DNA from: Felis catus
Taxonomy: Eukaryota
Assembly (NCBI RefSeq): GCF_018350175.1
Contig: NC_058382.1
Location: forward strand, 50,036,001-50,100,000
Direction: 5' to 3'
Length of the DNA: 64,000 nt
In this document: positions 50,303 to 63,304 of the stretch, piece after piece
How positions within the stretch are numbered: the stretch's first letter is position 1
How the letters are laid out: the number at the start of each line of letters is the position of its first letter
Notes under the pieces: model-generated
Told to the model about the DNA's origin: nothing
Seen by the model: only the letters and a program-made list of their open reading frames with translations
Database searches by the model: none
Translations under genes and position numbers: made by a program

Positions 50303-51630
50303 CAGCAATATTTTTTAGGGCAGGTTTTGAAATCTTAGAGGTGGCAGGTTAGAGGGCTAGGTAGAAAACTCTGAAGGCAGAGATAGTTCTCTTACAGAGC
50401 TTTTCAGGCCTAAGGAAACAGAGACCCACCTTGTTCTCAGTAGATACTTACCAATCTACTGAGCATTCTGATTTGTAGACAAAGGACTTCTTTCATCATA
50501 AGGTAATCCTACTCAAAGGATTCCTTAAAATATTTAGTTACATGTACGTAGATAGAGCACTGGCACATACTTTATTTCATTTGACCTTATAATTGTGGGG
50601 TAATTTTGATTTTGTACATAAGAAACCTGGGGTTCACTGCGAGCTGTGCTAGAACCCAGGTGTTCTGATGGCTCATCCAGTGTCCATGTACTATATTAAT
50701 ATAGGCGACGACTTAAACGGGCTACTCAAGAACTCTTCAGCTCTACTGTAAACCTCATTGTACAAATGGGCCATGTTTGAGTCAGTGGTATTTACAAAGC
50801 TTGGTCTTTCACTGGCAGTTGAAAGCAACTGCTCAGAGTCCCTGGAGTCGATATCCTTCTCCCCTGGCACTTGGGTTACATCAGCTCGTAGTGAGGTTGA
50901 GAAGATATAAAGCATGGGGGCATGAATCTGGGTTTCAGGATACACGTTAGAGCCAGGGTTTCTCAGTGAATCATTTGTATTTCTGTCACCTCAGGAGCTC
51001 CAGAGGGCAGCTGGGCTAATTCACATACTGTAATTCACCAAGCTATTCTAAGCTTTTATTTTCTAATAAACTGTGGAGAGTTCTTAATTGGTAATTAGAA
51101 AATGATTATACCTTGTCTGTAAAAACCACACTTCTTTGACTATATTGATGTGATTGTGCAATTACATTTCAAATTAGCTTGAACAATGTTCAACACAGGA
51201 ATTCTAATTTGGGTCTGATCCACCGAAACTTGGGCGTGGCCAGGTGTAGGGGCATCCTCGAGAGTGTGCACACAGTTCCTGGTTTTTAAGTGGGTTCTCA
51301 ACTCGCTCGAGTGACGTAGGGGGGAGCAGCAGCGAGGGTTTCATTTCATCATCCTGTCTTAATTTTGTACATAATTCCTTTTTAATTATGACTTAAGCCA
51401 AGATATTTGATTTTTACAGAAACCAAGTGGCTTTTGTATTTCGATATTATTGTTATTTCTTACTTAATAAGAACATACTGTGGTTAATCAAATACCTATA
51501 ACGTACATTTACAACGATCAGAGAGTTTAATCATCATCCTAATAATCATCATAATACATGGGTTATTCCAAAATGTTGCAATCCAAACAAACACAGCTCG
51601 GGATTGTTGATGAACAGTGGCGGATCTGAT

Positions 51631-51747
51631 AGGGTTCAAACAGTGATAGTTTTGAGAATCAAAGGGGCTAACAACCCAGACGGGGACACTGGGACTGTAA
51701 GTTTAAGCTTGTAGTGCCCGGGTTAAACCCGCATATGTGGTTACCCT
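51631..51747. mobile_element. MER94-like hAT-Blackjack fossil
   Basis: AGGGT..TTTTGAGAATCAAAGGGG..GTGCCCGGGTTAAACC..ATGTGGTTACCCT. Confidence 0.5.
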
Positions 51748-52204
51748 AATTACGGATTAGTCTATGTATGTGTGATATTTGACTGTCATGCTACACACAC
51801 CTACTTGTACCTAAATGGAAAAAACGGCATCCACGCATTTTTGTATATGCATTCGCTGGATACTAAAATGCCTACTCTGTGCCAGGCACGCTAACTAGGA
51901 GTTGGATACACGGAGGCTAATAAAATTCAGCTCTAGGCCTTGTAGAGACATTCCCTTGCCAGCATGGTAAACCCTGAAGTCCATTACGAACCACTGAGGT
52001 GGAGACGTGTCACAGGCTGTGTTTCTCCAGCTAACTTGACTCTTTGACCCTGACGTTTAAAACTGGCATAAGCCTCCAAAACTGGTGTTTGAATTAGTTT
52101 ATTTTCATTTTTAACATTGTATGGGGCATGTCAGGAAACGCTTTTCGTTTTTAAAGGGACAAGAGTCCTTTATCTGGACCGAATGTGTACACATTTATGT
52201 AAAG

Positions 52205-52409
52205 CCGCACCGTCTTCTATTGTAGCCATAGGTGGCTATTTAAATGTAAGTTAGTTAAAATTTAAAAAAAAATAGTGGGAGTTCAGTTCCTCAGATGCAG
52301 AAGCCACATTTCAAATGCTCGGTAGCTGTATGTGGCTAACGAAAACCGTACTGAACAACACAGTGAAGGACTTTTCCATCATCTTAGAAATTTCCATTGG
52401 ATAACACTG
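52205..52409 (-). mobile_element. MER3-like hAT DNA transposon fossil
   Basis: TTCAGTTCCTCAG..AGCCACATTTCAAATGCTC..TTTCCATCATC..CATTGGATAACACTG. Confidence 0.75.
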
Positions 52410-52762
52410 ACATCAACATATGACGCACCTCTAAATGCACAGAGTAGTTTCCATTCCCCTTCGATATCAGAATGCTTAGACCATCACACATTCTGCCAAA
52501 ATGTGAAATGCACTCATTTACTCATTTATTCACTCAGCACATATTTATTAGGTACCTAATCTGTGCCACGCACAGGAATGAATAGGATAGAGGACATGTA
52601 CTATTCTTATTTGATTCTAACAATTTAAGGTTATGGGTATTGAAAAATATCTTCCTTTTACAACATTGAGCCTTCTAATTGGGAGGCAAATTAATTTGTG
52701 TTGAGCTTCCTAACATGGCAAAATCTGAAAGTAACAAACGTGGTATAGGATATGGGTGAGCA

Positions 52763-52982
52763 GGGATGCCTGAGTGGCTCAGTCGGTTGAGCGTCCGACT
52801 TCAGCTCAGGTCATGATCTCACGGTTCGTGAGTTCGAGCCCCGTGTCGGGCTCTGTGCTGACAGCTCAGAGCCTGGAGCCTGCTTCAGATTCTGTTTAAC
52901 CCCCCTCTCTCTTCACCCCACCCCTGCTTGTGCTCTCTCTCTGTCTTTCAGAAATGAATAAACATAAAAAGTTAAAAAAAAA
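52763..52982 (+). mobile_element. CanSINE (felid)
   Basis: Full element; TSD ATA(T/C)GGGTGAG. Confidence 0.93.
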
Positions 52983-54219
52983 TACGGGTGAGGAAAGTAA
53001 AATATGAGAGTAGACTGGTCAGTGATCTCAGACCACTTGTGTCATTGCTTATTGCAGATTTTCTTATTTCATTTTCTGAAAAACCATAAGTAACATCAAA
53101 CAAAGCTCAAGGAGATGGTTGGAGCTTATAAGAAAGTATACCTGAGACTAACTTTCAAATAGTTAAGTTGTCAGATTCAGAGAATTTACAGGAAGAGTAT
53201 CTGAACAACACAACAATTAGGAGATTATAAGCAATACGAAATAACATTTGCAAAGACATAGCGAATTATGGTTTATGTGACTTTCAAAGTTAACGATAAA
53301 GAAATATAACTGTATACAATTACCCTTTCAGACTCTTATTTCAACTTTTATATTCAATGTACTGAAAAGGCAGAACAAAACTTGACTGTATTTGAAGAGA
53401 TAGTTGGTTTGATCACGCAGGGTGAAGAGATTATGGTCCTAAAATAGCCTGCAGTATTGAGGATTTACCTAGGATTTAAGGGCATTAGTTTGTAAAGCTA
53501 GGGTTAAACAGTAGAATGAGTTACTTAGGGAAGGTTAACCTACTTCCTGTTTCTCAAGGGCATTTCGCTGAGAATTAAGAGTGGAATTGGACTGAGGGTT
53601 GTTTGTAAGATGGCATAGGAAGGGAACAGGGTTTGGTATGCCAGCCGTTTCTCCCCACCTTCCACGTGAGATCAATATATCTTTGATTTAAAAACCATTG
53701 CCATCTCTTGTCAAAGCCAAGTTATCCACATTATTGATTTCCCATGTGTTGTCAGGTTGGCTTCCTGAGACCCTGTCTTCTGTGAGCAGGCTTACTGTTT
53801 CTCCCTCTCCGCTGAGGTTAGCAGGGACTCCCATGTCATTCAGTGCAATGAGACTTCTTTAGTCTATACTCCCTCTAACTCCAGGGAACCTCTGTAATGA
53901 TTTCCTCATCCTTCATGCGATCTGTCCAGCTAGCATCCATGACACCACACCGGTTCAACCATATCCCATCTTGTTCTAGCTTCATGGCCGTCATTCTGAC
54001 TGGAGCCACCGACAACTTTGGGTTACTGCTTCCTCTCTGTTTCCTCCAGTTATCACTCTTGTTATACATTATAAATTTATAATGTAAATTAGACCATTGA
54101 CATTCCCCACTTAAAACCTTGCCATTGCATGTAGGACGAGATCGAAATCCCATACGCTGACTTATGACCCCTGGATCATCTGGCCTGTCTCTAACTCTCC
54201 AGCCTCGCTCACGAGTTGT

Positions 54220-54820
54220 CATTCATTCATTTATTCTTTTACTTATTAATTCTCTCACTCACTTAGCAATCACGTGTTGAGCACAGTCTTGGGATCTGAG
54301 CGAATAACACAGGATGAAATTATCGCTTTCTTGGAGTTTATATTCCAGCAGTACCCATGGGTGATCTGGTGGTGGGATACAAATAATACACAGGATGAAA
54401 AAACAAAATTAGAATGCATTAAGTGATGATAAGGGTGAAAGCAAAATAAGCAGGGAAGTATGCATGCATGCAAGGTTGAAAATACAGAGAAGGCAGTGAA
54501 GGAAGTTTTCACTGAGAAGCTGAGCAAAGACATGATAGAAGAGGGGAAAACAAAAACAGCTGTGCAGGTGTCGGGGTGAAGAAAACCCAGGGTTTGGGAA
54601 GAACAAAGGCAACACCCCAGGCGCACCTAGAATGTTCTGGAAACATCAGGGAGGTCAGTGTGAGTACCTCAGATTACACAAATGAAGTGGTCATACTGAG
54701 AAATGAGACAGAGGGAGAGGACCGGATCATGTGGAACCTTGTACACCATTGTAAGGACTTTGGTTTCAAAGAGGCCATTAGAGATCAGAGACCATTAGAG
54801 ACTTTTGAGCAGGGAAGTGC
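54220..54820 (-). mobile_element. L2 3' fragment
   Basis: CATTCATTCATTTATTC terminus; GGAGTTTATATTCCAG; GACCGGATCATGTGGAACCTTGTA..GTAAGGACTTTGG..TTTTGAGCAGGGAAGTG. Confidence 0.75.
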
Positions 54821-55999
54821 TTTCTTTCTTAATGCATTACTTCTTTACAATTACTGGGCACCCTTTCCAGGTACTGTGCCAGGTTCCAGGCTTTGTGCTT
54901 GACTTTCTACTAAACTGAGATATTTCCACATGAAATCGTGTATAATATTGAGTTCTTCATGTAAATTAAAGCCTTTTGAAATTTAAGCAGCCTTTGATTT
55001 CTAGTAGGAGAATAAATAGTCTTTTATTCTTGTGATAATTGTTCACACTGCCAACATCCCATGGGAAGGAAAAATTATGTAAATGGGAGCCCAACTAATA
55101 AAGGACATTTTGATTTGTCCAAGCGACTATACAGCGAAAATGCGAATTATCATAGGTCGTGAATCATGTTAACTGATTAATGTTACAAACCTCCAGTTAT
55201 TGTTAAGCATTTGTTGAAAACGGGAGGGACTGGAGATTAAAAAGGACCTCTATTATATCTGGTATCTTTGCATTTGGGTACCTCAGAGAGTTGAGGTTTT
55301 TAAAGCAACATTTGGCAGTCTAAAAACTGGAAAAGCTAAGGAAACAAATTTCACGTGATCAGAGGTGATTCTCAATACCATCTTCCCTTCAGCTGGATTC
55401 TCAGTTTTACTATATTTCTGAAGTTTGGCACAAGACCTGTCACTCTCTGAACTCCTCTTATATAAACTTTAATCTCTACCACTTTTATAATTATTTTTAT
55501 TCGATTAAGTCTACTCTAAATGGAAACCATTTCTAAATATTTTGTGAGAATAACATCTACTTCTTTTCTCTTCAAGTATTACTCTAGTCATATATTCTAG
55601 GAATTCCTGTGCACAAGTAATGGTTGCTCTAGGAAATGGGGAAGAGAGGAAGAGAAGTTACCAAAGCAAGCATGCAAAGTCCTCACTAAGAGCTGAAGGA
55701 CTTAGGTCTTCAGGCTGTATATGGGCAGCAAGTTGCCCCAAAAAGAGGAGTAGGAAAAAAACCCCTTACTTTCAAGCATTTGGTTGATTAAATAGAAGCC
55801 CACACAAACGTTTCTAGGGAGGAGAAAAAAAAGGTCACCTCAAAGAGGGAAGGGAATTACAGTGGTATAAAAATCTCACCCACAAAAACAAGACGTACAA
55901 AACAGCCGAGTCGTTCTGTTATGTTTCTGAAAAAATCATTTTCAACCTTCAATCCCAGAATCAAATAGGCAAAATGCCTCATAGAATATAGACAATATT

Positions 56000-56195
56000 G
56001 GGGCGCCTGGGTGGCCCCGTCTGTTATGCGTCCGACTCTTGATTTCAGCTCAGGTCATGATCTCACAGTTTTTGAGTTCGAGCCCCACATCGGGCTCTGT
56101 GCTGACAGTGTGGAGCCCGGTTGGGATTCTCTCTCTCCTTCTCTCTCTCTGCTCCTCCCCCACCTGTCTCAAAAATAAATAAAAACTTCAAAAAA
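56000..56195 (+). mobile_element. CanSINE
   Basis: Full element; TSD ATATAGACAATATT. Confidence 0.94.
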
Positions 56196-56369
56196 TATAT
56201 AGACAATATTAAGACATGTAATTACTTAGAAAAATGAATGTATCGTGTGCTTAGTCTCAGGAATTCACTCAAGACTGTGATCCAACAAAAATAAAGGGAT
56301 AACATGTGGTGCAAATGTTAGATGAAACAGCTTGCCTTCTATCTTGTATTTTCTAGTATTAAAAAAAAA

Positions 56370-56580
56370 TTTTTTAAGCATTTATTTATTTTTGAGAGAC
56401 AGAAAGAAACAGAGCACATGCCAGGGAGAGGCAGAGGGAGAGGGAGACACAGAACCCAAAGCAGGCTCCAGACTCTGGGCTGTCAGCCCAGAGCCCGACA
56501 TGGGGCTTGAATTCATGGACCGTGAGATCATGACCTGAGCTGAAGTCCGGTGGTTAACCGACTGAGCTACCCAGGCGCCC
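56370..56580 (-). mobile_element. CanSINE
   Basis: Full element; TSD TGTATTTTCTAGT. Confidence 0.94.
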
Positions 56581-57060
56581 TGTATTTTCTAGTGTTTTAA
56601 GGTCTGTATTTTATTTTGCATTCTTTCATGTCAATTCTTTAATACATATTTTAAAAATTACTATGGTTAAGAATAGTATCTTGACTTCCTCACCGTGTAC
56701 TACAGATAAGTGAGACATATGGGTAAATGGGGAAATTTACCCAAGCTCAAAAGATATGTCAACCATTCCCCAGTCGTGACCACTGAAGACATATCAATCA
56801 TTAGAGAAAGTGTAACTCATTCCACTGATGGTGGAGGGACTCCTCTAGGAACTTTTCACATAAAATGTCTCTCCAAAGGGAAAGTGAGACCAACTTCATT
56901 CAAAACAAATGAGAGGAGAAAATAGAAATTAAGAATCAACACACTTCAGTGGATAAAACTTCCCAGTAAAGCAGAATAAAGTGGTATGTAACACTCCAAA
57001 ATAACATACAGAGAATTTAAAAGGAAAATCCCTAAAATCAGATATTGACGAACTAGGAAC

Positions 57061-57274
57061 AGGTGCTCCTGGGTGGCTCAGTCAGTTAAGCGTCTGACTT
57101 CGGTTCAGGTCATGATCTTGCAGTTGGTGGGTTCGAGGCTGGGTCGGGTTCTTTGCTGTCAGCTTAGAGCCTGAAGCCTGCTTTGGATTCTGTGTGTGTC
57201 TCTCTCTGTCCCTCCCCTGCTTATGCTCTGTCTCTCGCTCTCTCAAAAATAAATAAACATTAAAAAGAAAAAAA
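57061..57274 (+). mobile_element. CanSINE
   Basis: Head/body/tail. Confidence 0.9.
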
Positions 57275-57504
57275 CTAAGAACAAAAATGGACAAAACCCA
57301 GGAAGAAATGTCACCAAAATTGGCTGAATTCAGGAAAGAAATGGAAGTAAGAGATTGGACTATGGTGCCAAGAGGGAATAGATTTGAATGAAAATTTAAG
57401 AAAAGGCCTTAAAGAAAGTCAGAAAAACAAACAAGATAATTAAAATTAGATAACGGAAGAAGTAACCTGTCAGAGAAAAGACTAGTTGAAATGAAAGATA
57501 TTTC

Positions 57505-57731
57505 CTTTTTTTTTTTACTGTTTCTTTTTGAGACAGAAAGAGAGAGAGTGGGAGGGAGGGAGGGAGGGAGAGAACAATTGGTGGAGGGGCAGAGAGAGAG
57601 GGGGACAGAGGATCCAAAGTGGGATCTGTGCTGACAGCAGTTAGCCCCATGTGGGGCTTGAACTTATGAACTGTGAGATCATGACCTGAGCCAAAGTTGG
57701 ACACTTAACTGACGGAGCCACCCAGGTGCCC
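57505..57731 (-). mobile_element. CanSINE
   Basis: TSD TGAAAGATATTTC. Confidence 0.92.
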
Positions 57732-58141
57732 TGAAAGATATTTCTTAACTATTTTTTCTGTTATCTATGATAGATATCTTCCTACCAACTTATCTGTATT
57801 ATCAACACATTATATACATGATATTTTTTGAACTGTTTGGGAGTAGGATGCTTGCACCAGGACCTTTGCCTCTTAATACTTCTGTATTAATATCATTAAC
57901 ACTGTTACATAATTATATATTATTATATCACATTATAATATGACAAGGATATTTATTCACATAACAACAGTAGAGATATTAAATTCAGGGAATTTAACAT
58001 CAAAGAATACTATTGCTTATTCTTTATGTCATATTCCAAGTGTATCAATTGCTCCAATAACATCCTCCTTAACTGTGATTTTACAGTAAAGGATCTAGTT
58101 CAGGACCCGCACTGCATCTTGTTCTCATGTCTCTAGACTCC

Positions 58142-58381
58142 TTTTTTTTTTTTTTTTAATTTTTAAACATTTGTAATGATTTTATTTATTTTTGAGAGAG
58201 AGAAAGAGACAGAGCACCATGAGAGGAGAGGCACAGAGAGAGGGAGACCCAGAATCTGATGCAGGCTACAGGCTCTGAGCTGTCAGCACATAGCCTGACA
58301 CAGGGCTTGAACCCATGAACTGCAAGACTATGACCTGAGCTGAAGTCAGATCCTTAACCAACTGAGCCACCCAGGCGCTCC
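58142..58381 (-). mobile_element. CanSINE
   Basis: TSD CTCTAGACTCCTT. Confidence 0.93.
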
Positions 58382-58445
58382 TCTAGACTCCTTGAATCAA
58401 GGAATTCCTTAGCCTTCCTTGGTCTTCTATGAAAAGACACAGGCC

Positions 58446-58447
<2 letters not shown>

Positions 58448-58502
<55 letters not shown>
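58448..58502. repeat. Perfect (TA)n microsatellite (~27 units)
   Basis: Read directly. Confidence 0.95.
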
Positions 58503-58503
<1 letters not shown>

Positions 58504-58507
<4 letters not shown>

Positions 58508-58547
58508 TAAATTTAATTTATTAAAATTTTTTTAATGTTTATTTTTT

Positions 58548-58583
<36 letters not shown>

Positions 58584-58759
58584 TGAATGAGTGGGGGAGG
58601 GGCAGAGAGAGAGGGAGACACAGAATCCGAAGCAGGCTCCAGGCTCCAGGCTCCGAGCTGTCAGCACAGAGCCCGACGCGGGTCTTGAACTCAAGAACTG
58701 AGAGGTCATGACCTGAGCTGAAGTCGGATGCTCAACTGACTGAGCCACCCAGGCAACCC
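58504..58759 (-). mobile_element. CanSINE nested in L1 tail
   Basis: Full body with extra AGGCTCC unit. Confidence 0.92.
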
Positions 58760-58762
58760 TAG

Positions 58763-59109
58763 TTTATTATTTTTTTAAATTTACATCCATGTTAGTTAGC
58801 ATATAGTGCAACAATGATTTCAGGAGTAGATTCCCTAGTGTACCCATTTAGCCCATCCCCCCTTCCACAACCCCTGCAGTAACCCTCTCATTGTTCTCCA
58901 TATTTAAGAGTTTCTTGTGTTTGGTCCTCCTCCCTGTTTTTATATTATTTTTGCTTCCCTTCCCTTGTGCTCATCTGTTCTGTGTCTTAAAGTCCTCAAA
59001 TGAGTGAAGTCATATGATATTTGTCTTTCTCTGACTAATTTTGCTTAGCACAATACCCTCTAGTTCCATCCACATAGTTGCAAATGGCAAGATTTCATTC
59101 TTTTTGATT
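58763..59109 (-). mobile_element. Short 5'-truncated carnivore/felid L1 3'UTR
   Basis: TTAGTTAGCATATAGTGCAACAATGATTTCAGGAGTAGA..GCAAATGGCAAGATTTCATTC; TSD GA(C/T)ACAGGCCA (58436/59110). Confidence 0.88.
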
Positions 59110-60440
59110 GATACAGGCCAATATTTTATAGAATGTTCCTTGATTTGGATTTTTCTGATGTTTCCTCATTAATGAATCACGGTTACGCGTTTTGGTTACA
59201 TGCAGTGATGTGTCCTTCTCAAGCCATTATCATTATGTCTGGGAGCACATATGACTCTGTTGATGTTTGCCTTTTTTTTTTTTTTTGGTGAATTTTGATT
59301 ACTTAGTTTAGTTGTTGTCTATATTCACCATTATGAGCTTAATTTTATTTTGTAATTTGCTAAAAGATATGGGAAAATACTCAAGGGCTGTGTAAATATC
59401 CTTCTCTTCTTCAAACCTTTTCCCCGATTTAAATTTAGCATCTGTTCGTGATACTTGCTTGGAAATGTTCCAGTCTTGTCTGATCGCTACCCCACAATGT
59501 CCCCAGGGAATCCTATTTCCTTTGAGAGGGGAATGGCATTTAGAAACCCAGGCCTGGGATCTAGTTCTCCTGGGGTGTTGTTGTCTATGAGCCCCTTAGG
59601 AGAAACTAGTGAAATCATATTTTTCTCTTACTTCTAATTCCAGTCTAATCATTGAAGATTATTCTTTGACTTCCCTCATTCGTTGTTTGTTTCTCACTTA
59701 TTCTGTAGGGAGAAACATGACTCACAAATGTATATATTTACTCATTTGTTTCGTTTGAGAGTACACACAGATTAGTTTTCATTTATTAATAGTGTCAAAG
59801 GGTTTTTCAGTGTGGTTATGCCAATTAACACTCCCACCAGCAGTGCGTGATATTTCTGATTGTTTACATTCTTGCTAACACTTTAGGAATGTCAGTATTT
59901 TTTGTATTGTTTATTTTTAGCCATTCTAGTCTATGTACATTGGTGTATTGTTGTGGTTGTAATTTTCATTTGTATGTTCTTGATGAACTGATGAGGTTTT
60001 ATCCTCTTTGTTGGTTTATTTGCCATTTTGATATCTTTTTTGGGGGGGGCTTAAAATGTATGTTCATTTTTTCTATAGTATTGTCTTTTTTGTGTAGTCT
60101 ATATACACACGCTCACATATATAGATGAGAGTAATTTGTGGCATTTATTTTTGGGACTGTTTTCTCTGATTCTCTTTGTTGTCCCAAGCTCATTAGTATT
60201 TTCTCCTTTGTTTTATTATAAAAGTTTTATTATTTTGCCTTTACTATTTACACCTTCAAAATTTCTAGAATGCTTTTGTGTATTGTATGAGGAAGGGTCA
60301 AGACTCTTGAATGATTTTTTTCCACAGTGAAGTTTTACTGGAAGGACGATTCTTTTTTATACCTCACTGGAGTGTCCCCTTTGTAAAAATGCACATGCAC
60401 ATATTTATGTAGCTATGCTTTTGAACTCCATTCTGTTTAA

Positions 60441-60654
60441 ATTTTTTTTTTCAACGTTTATTTATTTTTGGGACAGAGAGAGACAGAGCATGAATGGGGG
60501 AGGGGCAGAGAGAGAGGGAGACACAGAATCGGAAACAGGCTCCAGGATCTGAGCCATCAGCCCAGAGCCCGACGAGGGGCTCGAACCCACGGACTGCTAG
60601 ATCGTGACCTGGCTGAAGTCGGACGCTTAACCGACTGCGCCACCCAGGCGCCCC
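60441..60654 (-). mobile_element. Young felid CanSINE
   Basis: Perfect 18-bp TSD GAACTCCATTCTGTTTAA (60423-60440/60655-60672). Confidence 0.96.
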
Positions 60655-61220
60655 GAACTCCATTCTGTTTAACCAGAATATTTTTCTGTCCTGTGTTTTG
60701 CCACATTTCTGTCCCTGTGTTATGTCACATTAAGACTTTATAGTAAGTCTTAATACCTAGCGATGTGAATTCTTTAAATTCATTTATTTTCAAAATTGTG
60801 TAGGTATTTGTGGGCTTTTAAATTTACATATACATTTTAGTATCAGTTTTTCAATTTCCACAATATAAAAACACAGCCGGGGTTTTCATTTTGATTGTAT
60901 TGAATGCATATATCTCTTTAGAAGGAGTTACCTCTACAGTATTGTGTCTTGCAATTCATAGACATATGTCCTCTGTTTGTTTAGATCTTTTACATTTTCC
61001 CTCAATATTGTCTTCAGTTTTCTGTGACGAAGTATTGTACATATTCTGTTAGAGTCAACCCTGAATATTCTTTATGCTTTTATAAGGATCATTTATTTTA
61101 TTATTTTTATTTTTATTATTTTCTTATTTTTTTGAATAAAAAAACTCATTTTCTACTTCTTTCTGGCAGATAATGATGAAACTTTCATCCTGACTTTATC
61201 GAACAATTTTGCTAGATTCA

Positions 61221-61224
61221 TTTT

Positions 61225-61256
<32 letters not shown>

Positions 61257-61276
61257 TTAATGTTTATTATTTTAGA

Positions 61277-61312
<36 letters not shown>

Positions 61313-61479
61313 CAGAGTGCAAGCAGGGGAGGGACAGAAAGAGCGAGACACAGAATCCGAAGCAGGCCCCAGTCTCTGAGCCGTCAGCATAGAGCGGATG
61401 TAGGTCTCGAATTTATGAACTGCGAGATCATGACCTGAGCTGAAGTCGGATGCTTAAACCTGAGCCACCCAGGTGCCCC
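61221..61479 (-). mobile_element. CanSINE with (TTTA)n tail
   Basis: TSD TGCTAGAT(T/C)CATTTT. Confidence 0.93.
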
Positions 61480-62334
61480 TGCTAGATCCATTTTAGTAGT
61501 TTTTCTGTGGAATATTTTTGGATGTGTCACATGAATAACTGTGTTGTCTGTTACCAATCACAGGTATATTTACTTTTGCAATCTGTATGCTTTGGGCGTT
61601 CTTTTACTTACATGGGTGCATAGCCAAAGACCTAACGTGTAATGTTGCATAGAAGTGATGATAGAGTGTACTTTGTTATGTTCCTGGCCTTGGGAGGTAA
61701 AGCTTCCATATGTTACCATTAAGTGTGATGTTTGCTGTAGGTATTTTGGTAGACCCTCAATATTAAACTAAAGTCAGATTCTTCTATGTCTACTTTGCTA
61801 ATATTTTTATAATGAATTTTCTCAAGTGCTTTTCTGGTACCTTGTTAGAAGATCTTTTATTCTTATTTTTTTCATTCCTTTTCTTTTTCTAGAATGGTGA
61901 GTAGTTTGGTTTTTCTTTCTTCTTTTTGCTGTTTGGTTTTTCTAATGTGGGAGCAATGGTGCATTTCTGGAATAAATTCAAATGGATTATGATGTATTAT
62001 CTTTTTTATGTATTTATGAATTATATTGAAATCAACTTTACAACTATGTTCACAAATAGATATTAATCTGTAATTTACTTTTCTTGCAATGTCCTTTTTA
62101 GGTTTTAATATGAAACTTTGGTTGGCCTCATTAAATAAATTAGGGCATGTTCCCTCTTTACTTTGGATTTTTGAAAATCCTTTTGCCCTGGGTATCGTAG
62201 GAATTATCAAGTACCTAAAGGGAAAGGGGCCCAGAATGCCGAGTTCACTTTTCTGGGCCTTTTGTCTTTCCAGCAACTTGGCTCTTTGAGTCATGGCTGC
62301 CTTAGTAACTCTCTAATACCATTGACCTGATGTT

Positions 62335-62630
62335 TTTTCTTTTCTTTTCTTTTCTTTTCTTTTCTTTTCTTTTCTTTTCTTTTCTTTTCTTTTCTTTTCT
62401 TTTCTTTTTTTTTAATGTTTATTTATTTTTGAGAGGGAGAGAGAAAGAGAGAGAGAGACAGAGTGAGAGTGGGGGAGGGGCAGAGAGAGAGTGAGACACA
62501 GAGTCTGAAGCAGGATCCAGGCTCCGAGCTGTCAGCACAGAGCCTGATGCTGGGCTCAAAGCCACCAACAGCAAGATCCTGGCCTGAGCCAAAGTTGGAT
62601 GGCCAATTATCTGAGCCACCCAGGTGCTCC
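62335..62630 (-). mobile_element. CanSINE with (TTTTC)n tail
   Basis: TSD TGACCTGATGTTTT. Confidence 0.93.
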
Positions 62631-63222
62631 TGACCTGATGTTTTCTGTATTTCATTCATCTTTTAAAGATTTTCTTGCTGAGGGGTTCATTTTGCTACAA
62701 GCTGGTCCATCACAGTTGGAAGTGAAAGCCCCTTCCTCATTTTTAACCCCATCTCTTCTCTTGGTATTTTTCACAGAGGGCATATAGATCAAGGATTTTT
62801 TGGCTCGTGTGTTACAAGTATTCATTAGAGACTGTTCGACTGCTGTCTGTGCTTACCTTCTCATGGTTGAGTGCTTTAGGGATGAAGAAGAATATTTACT
62901 GAGACAAATGCTTCCGTCAGCCTGACAATGCTCTTTTCAAACTGGGTGCCTCTCCAAGCAAGTGCTACATGGTTCATTACCCATATGTTGCCCTACCCTC
63001 ATCTTTTAAGATTTGCTTTAGATGACGCTAGTCTGTAGAGGTTTCTGTTTTCTGGCACATGCAAGCTTTAGTTGTTTTAGAAGTTGTAGAATAGTTAAGG
63101 AACATGTTCTTGGTTTCACTAATAAAGAATGCTTGTTTTAATTTTGGTAGAATCGCTTATAAACATGTCCCGGAGGGATTTCTTTGAGTGGAGTCTGGAA
63201 AGATGTTAAATCAGGCAGCAAG

Positions 63223-63251
63223 GCACACACATACACACACACACACACACA
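63223..63251. repeat. (CA)n microsatellite
   Basis: Read directly. Confidence 0.9.
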
Positions 63252-63304
63252 TCAAATAATTTTAAAAGGGGAAATCAAATTTTTAACAAATAATATTTTG
63301 CAGG

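Larger units (their letters stand above)
59760..62200 (-). mobile_element. Ancient L1 (L1ME/L1MC-type) ORF2/3' remnant, interrupted by SINEs
   Basis: CTCCCACCAGCAGTG; TTACCATTAAGTGTGATGTTTGCTGTAGG; degenerate ORF2 peptide (YRLISICEH..FEFIPEM) in ORF 61872-62294. Confidence 0.7.

Noticed and set aside
50691..50945. Protein-looking 84-aa ORF
   Set aside because: Non-ATG start, no clear splice signals, no recognisable family
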